Part shown: piece after piece, positions 63,928 through 64,000 of the stretch
Layout: the number at the start of each line of letters is the position of its first letter
How positions within the stretch are numbered: position 1 is the stretch's first letter
Assembly: GCF_025526975.1 (NCBI RefSeq)
Contig: NW_026515682.1
Location: 310,001-374,000, forward strand
Source: Fimicolochytrium jonesii
Taxonomy: Eukaryota
Direction: 5' to 3'
Length of the DNA: 64,000 nucleotides
Translations under genes and position numbers: made by a program
Notes under the pieces: model-generated
Told to the model about the DNA's origin: nothing
Database searches by the model: none
What the model saw: the letters and a program-made list of their open reading frames with translations, nothing else

Positions 63928-64000
63928 TCACCTCGGCCGCTCATAAACAATCTCAATCCTCCCCACCCCATCCGGATCAACCTGCGCAACATCCGAATAC
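63928..64000 (-). CDS. Possible 3' end of a gene extending beyond the window (...YSDVAQVDPDGVGRIEIVYERPR*)
   Basis: Open minus-strand frame to the window edge, paralogous to 24141-24213. Confidence 0.4.
   Translation of the reverse strand, partial: YSDVAQVDPDGVGRIEIVYERPR

Overview
Eukaryotic, intron-rich (GT-AG introns, mostly 50-100 nt, CTRAC-type branch points), gene-dense fungal DNA. A flagellar central-pair gene (CFAP119-like), a katanin-like ATPase and fungal-type housekeeping genes suggest a zoosporic fungus (chytrid). About 21 protein-coding genes were assembled by eye from the ORF track and splice signals: a Crinkler-type REase-kinase, USP16/45-like and UBP14/USP5 deubiquitinases, a Ugo1-like carrier, CBK1, a SAMHD1-like HD protein, TIM9, an ANTH/AP180 adaptor, TGS1, AIM41, RAMP4, a katanin-like AAA, an extended SDR, a LETM1-like protein, VTC4, an MFS transporter, a CLA4-type PAK and others, plus several relics. 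Four observations stand out. (1) An intronless secreted precursor (34335-35501) with about 20 Kex2/Ste13-flanked copies of an RNINW-type core, i.e. a candidate peptide-signal or RiPP-like system. (2) An intronless locus (29874-31958) where a MavL/macrodomain-like ORF continues in frame through one TAG into a ricin-like + NADAR ORF, i.e. a candidate dual ADP-ribose-eraser. (3) A katanin AAA domain fused to a degenerate PDE9-like module. (4) A covarying GA-GC-loop-GC-GA mini-hairpin clustered on the sense strand of five unusually long introns. All family assignments come from remembered motifs, not database searches, and exon boundaries are manual.
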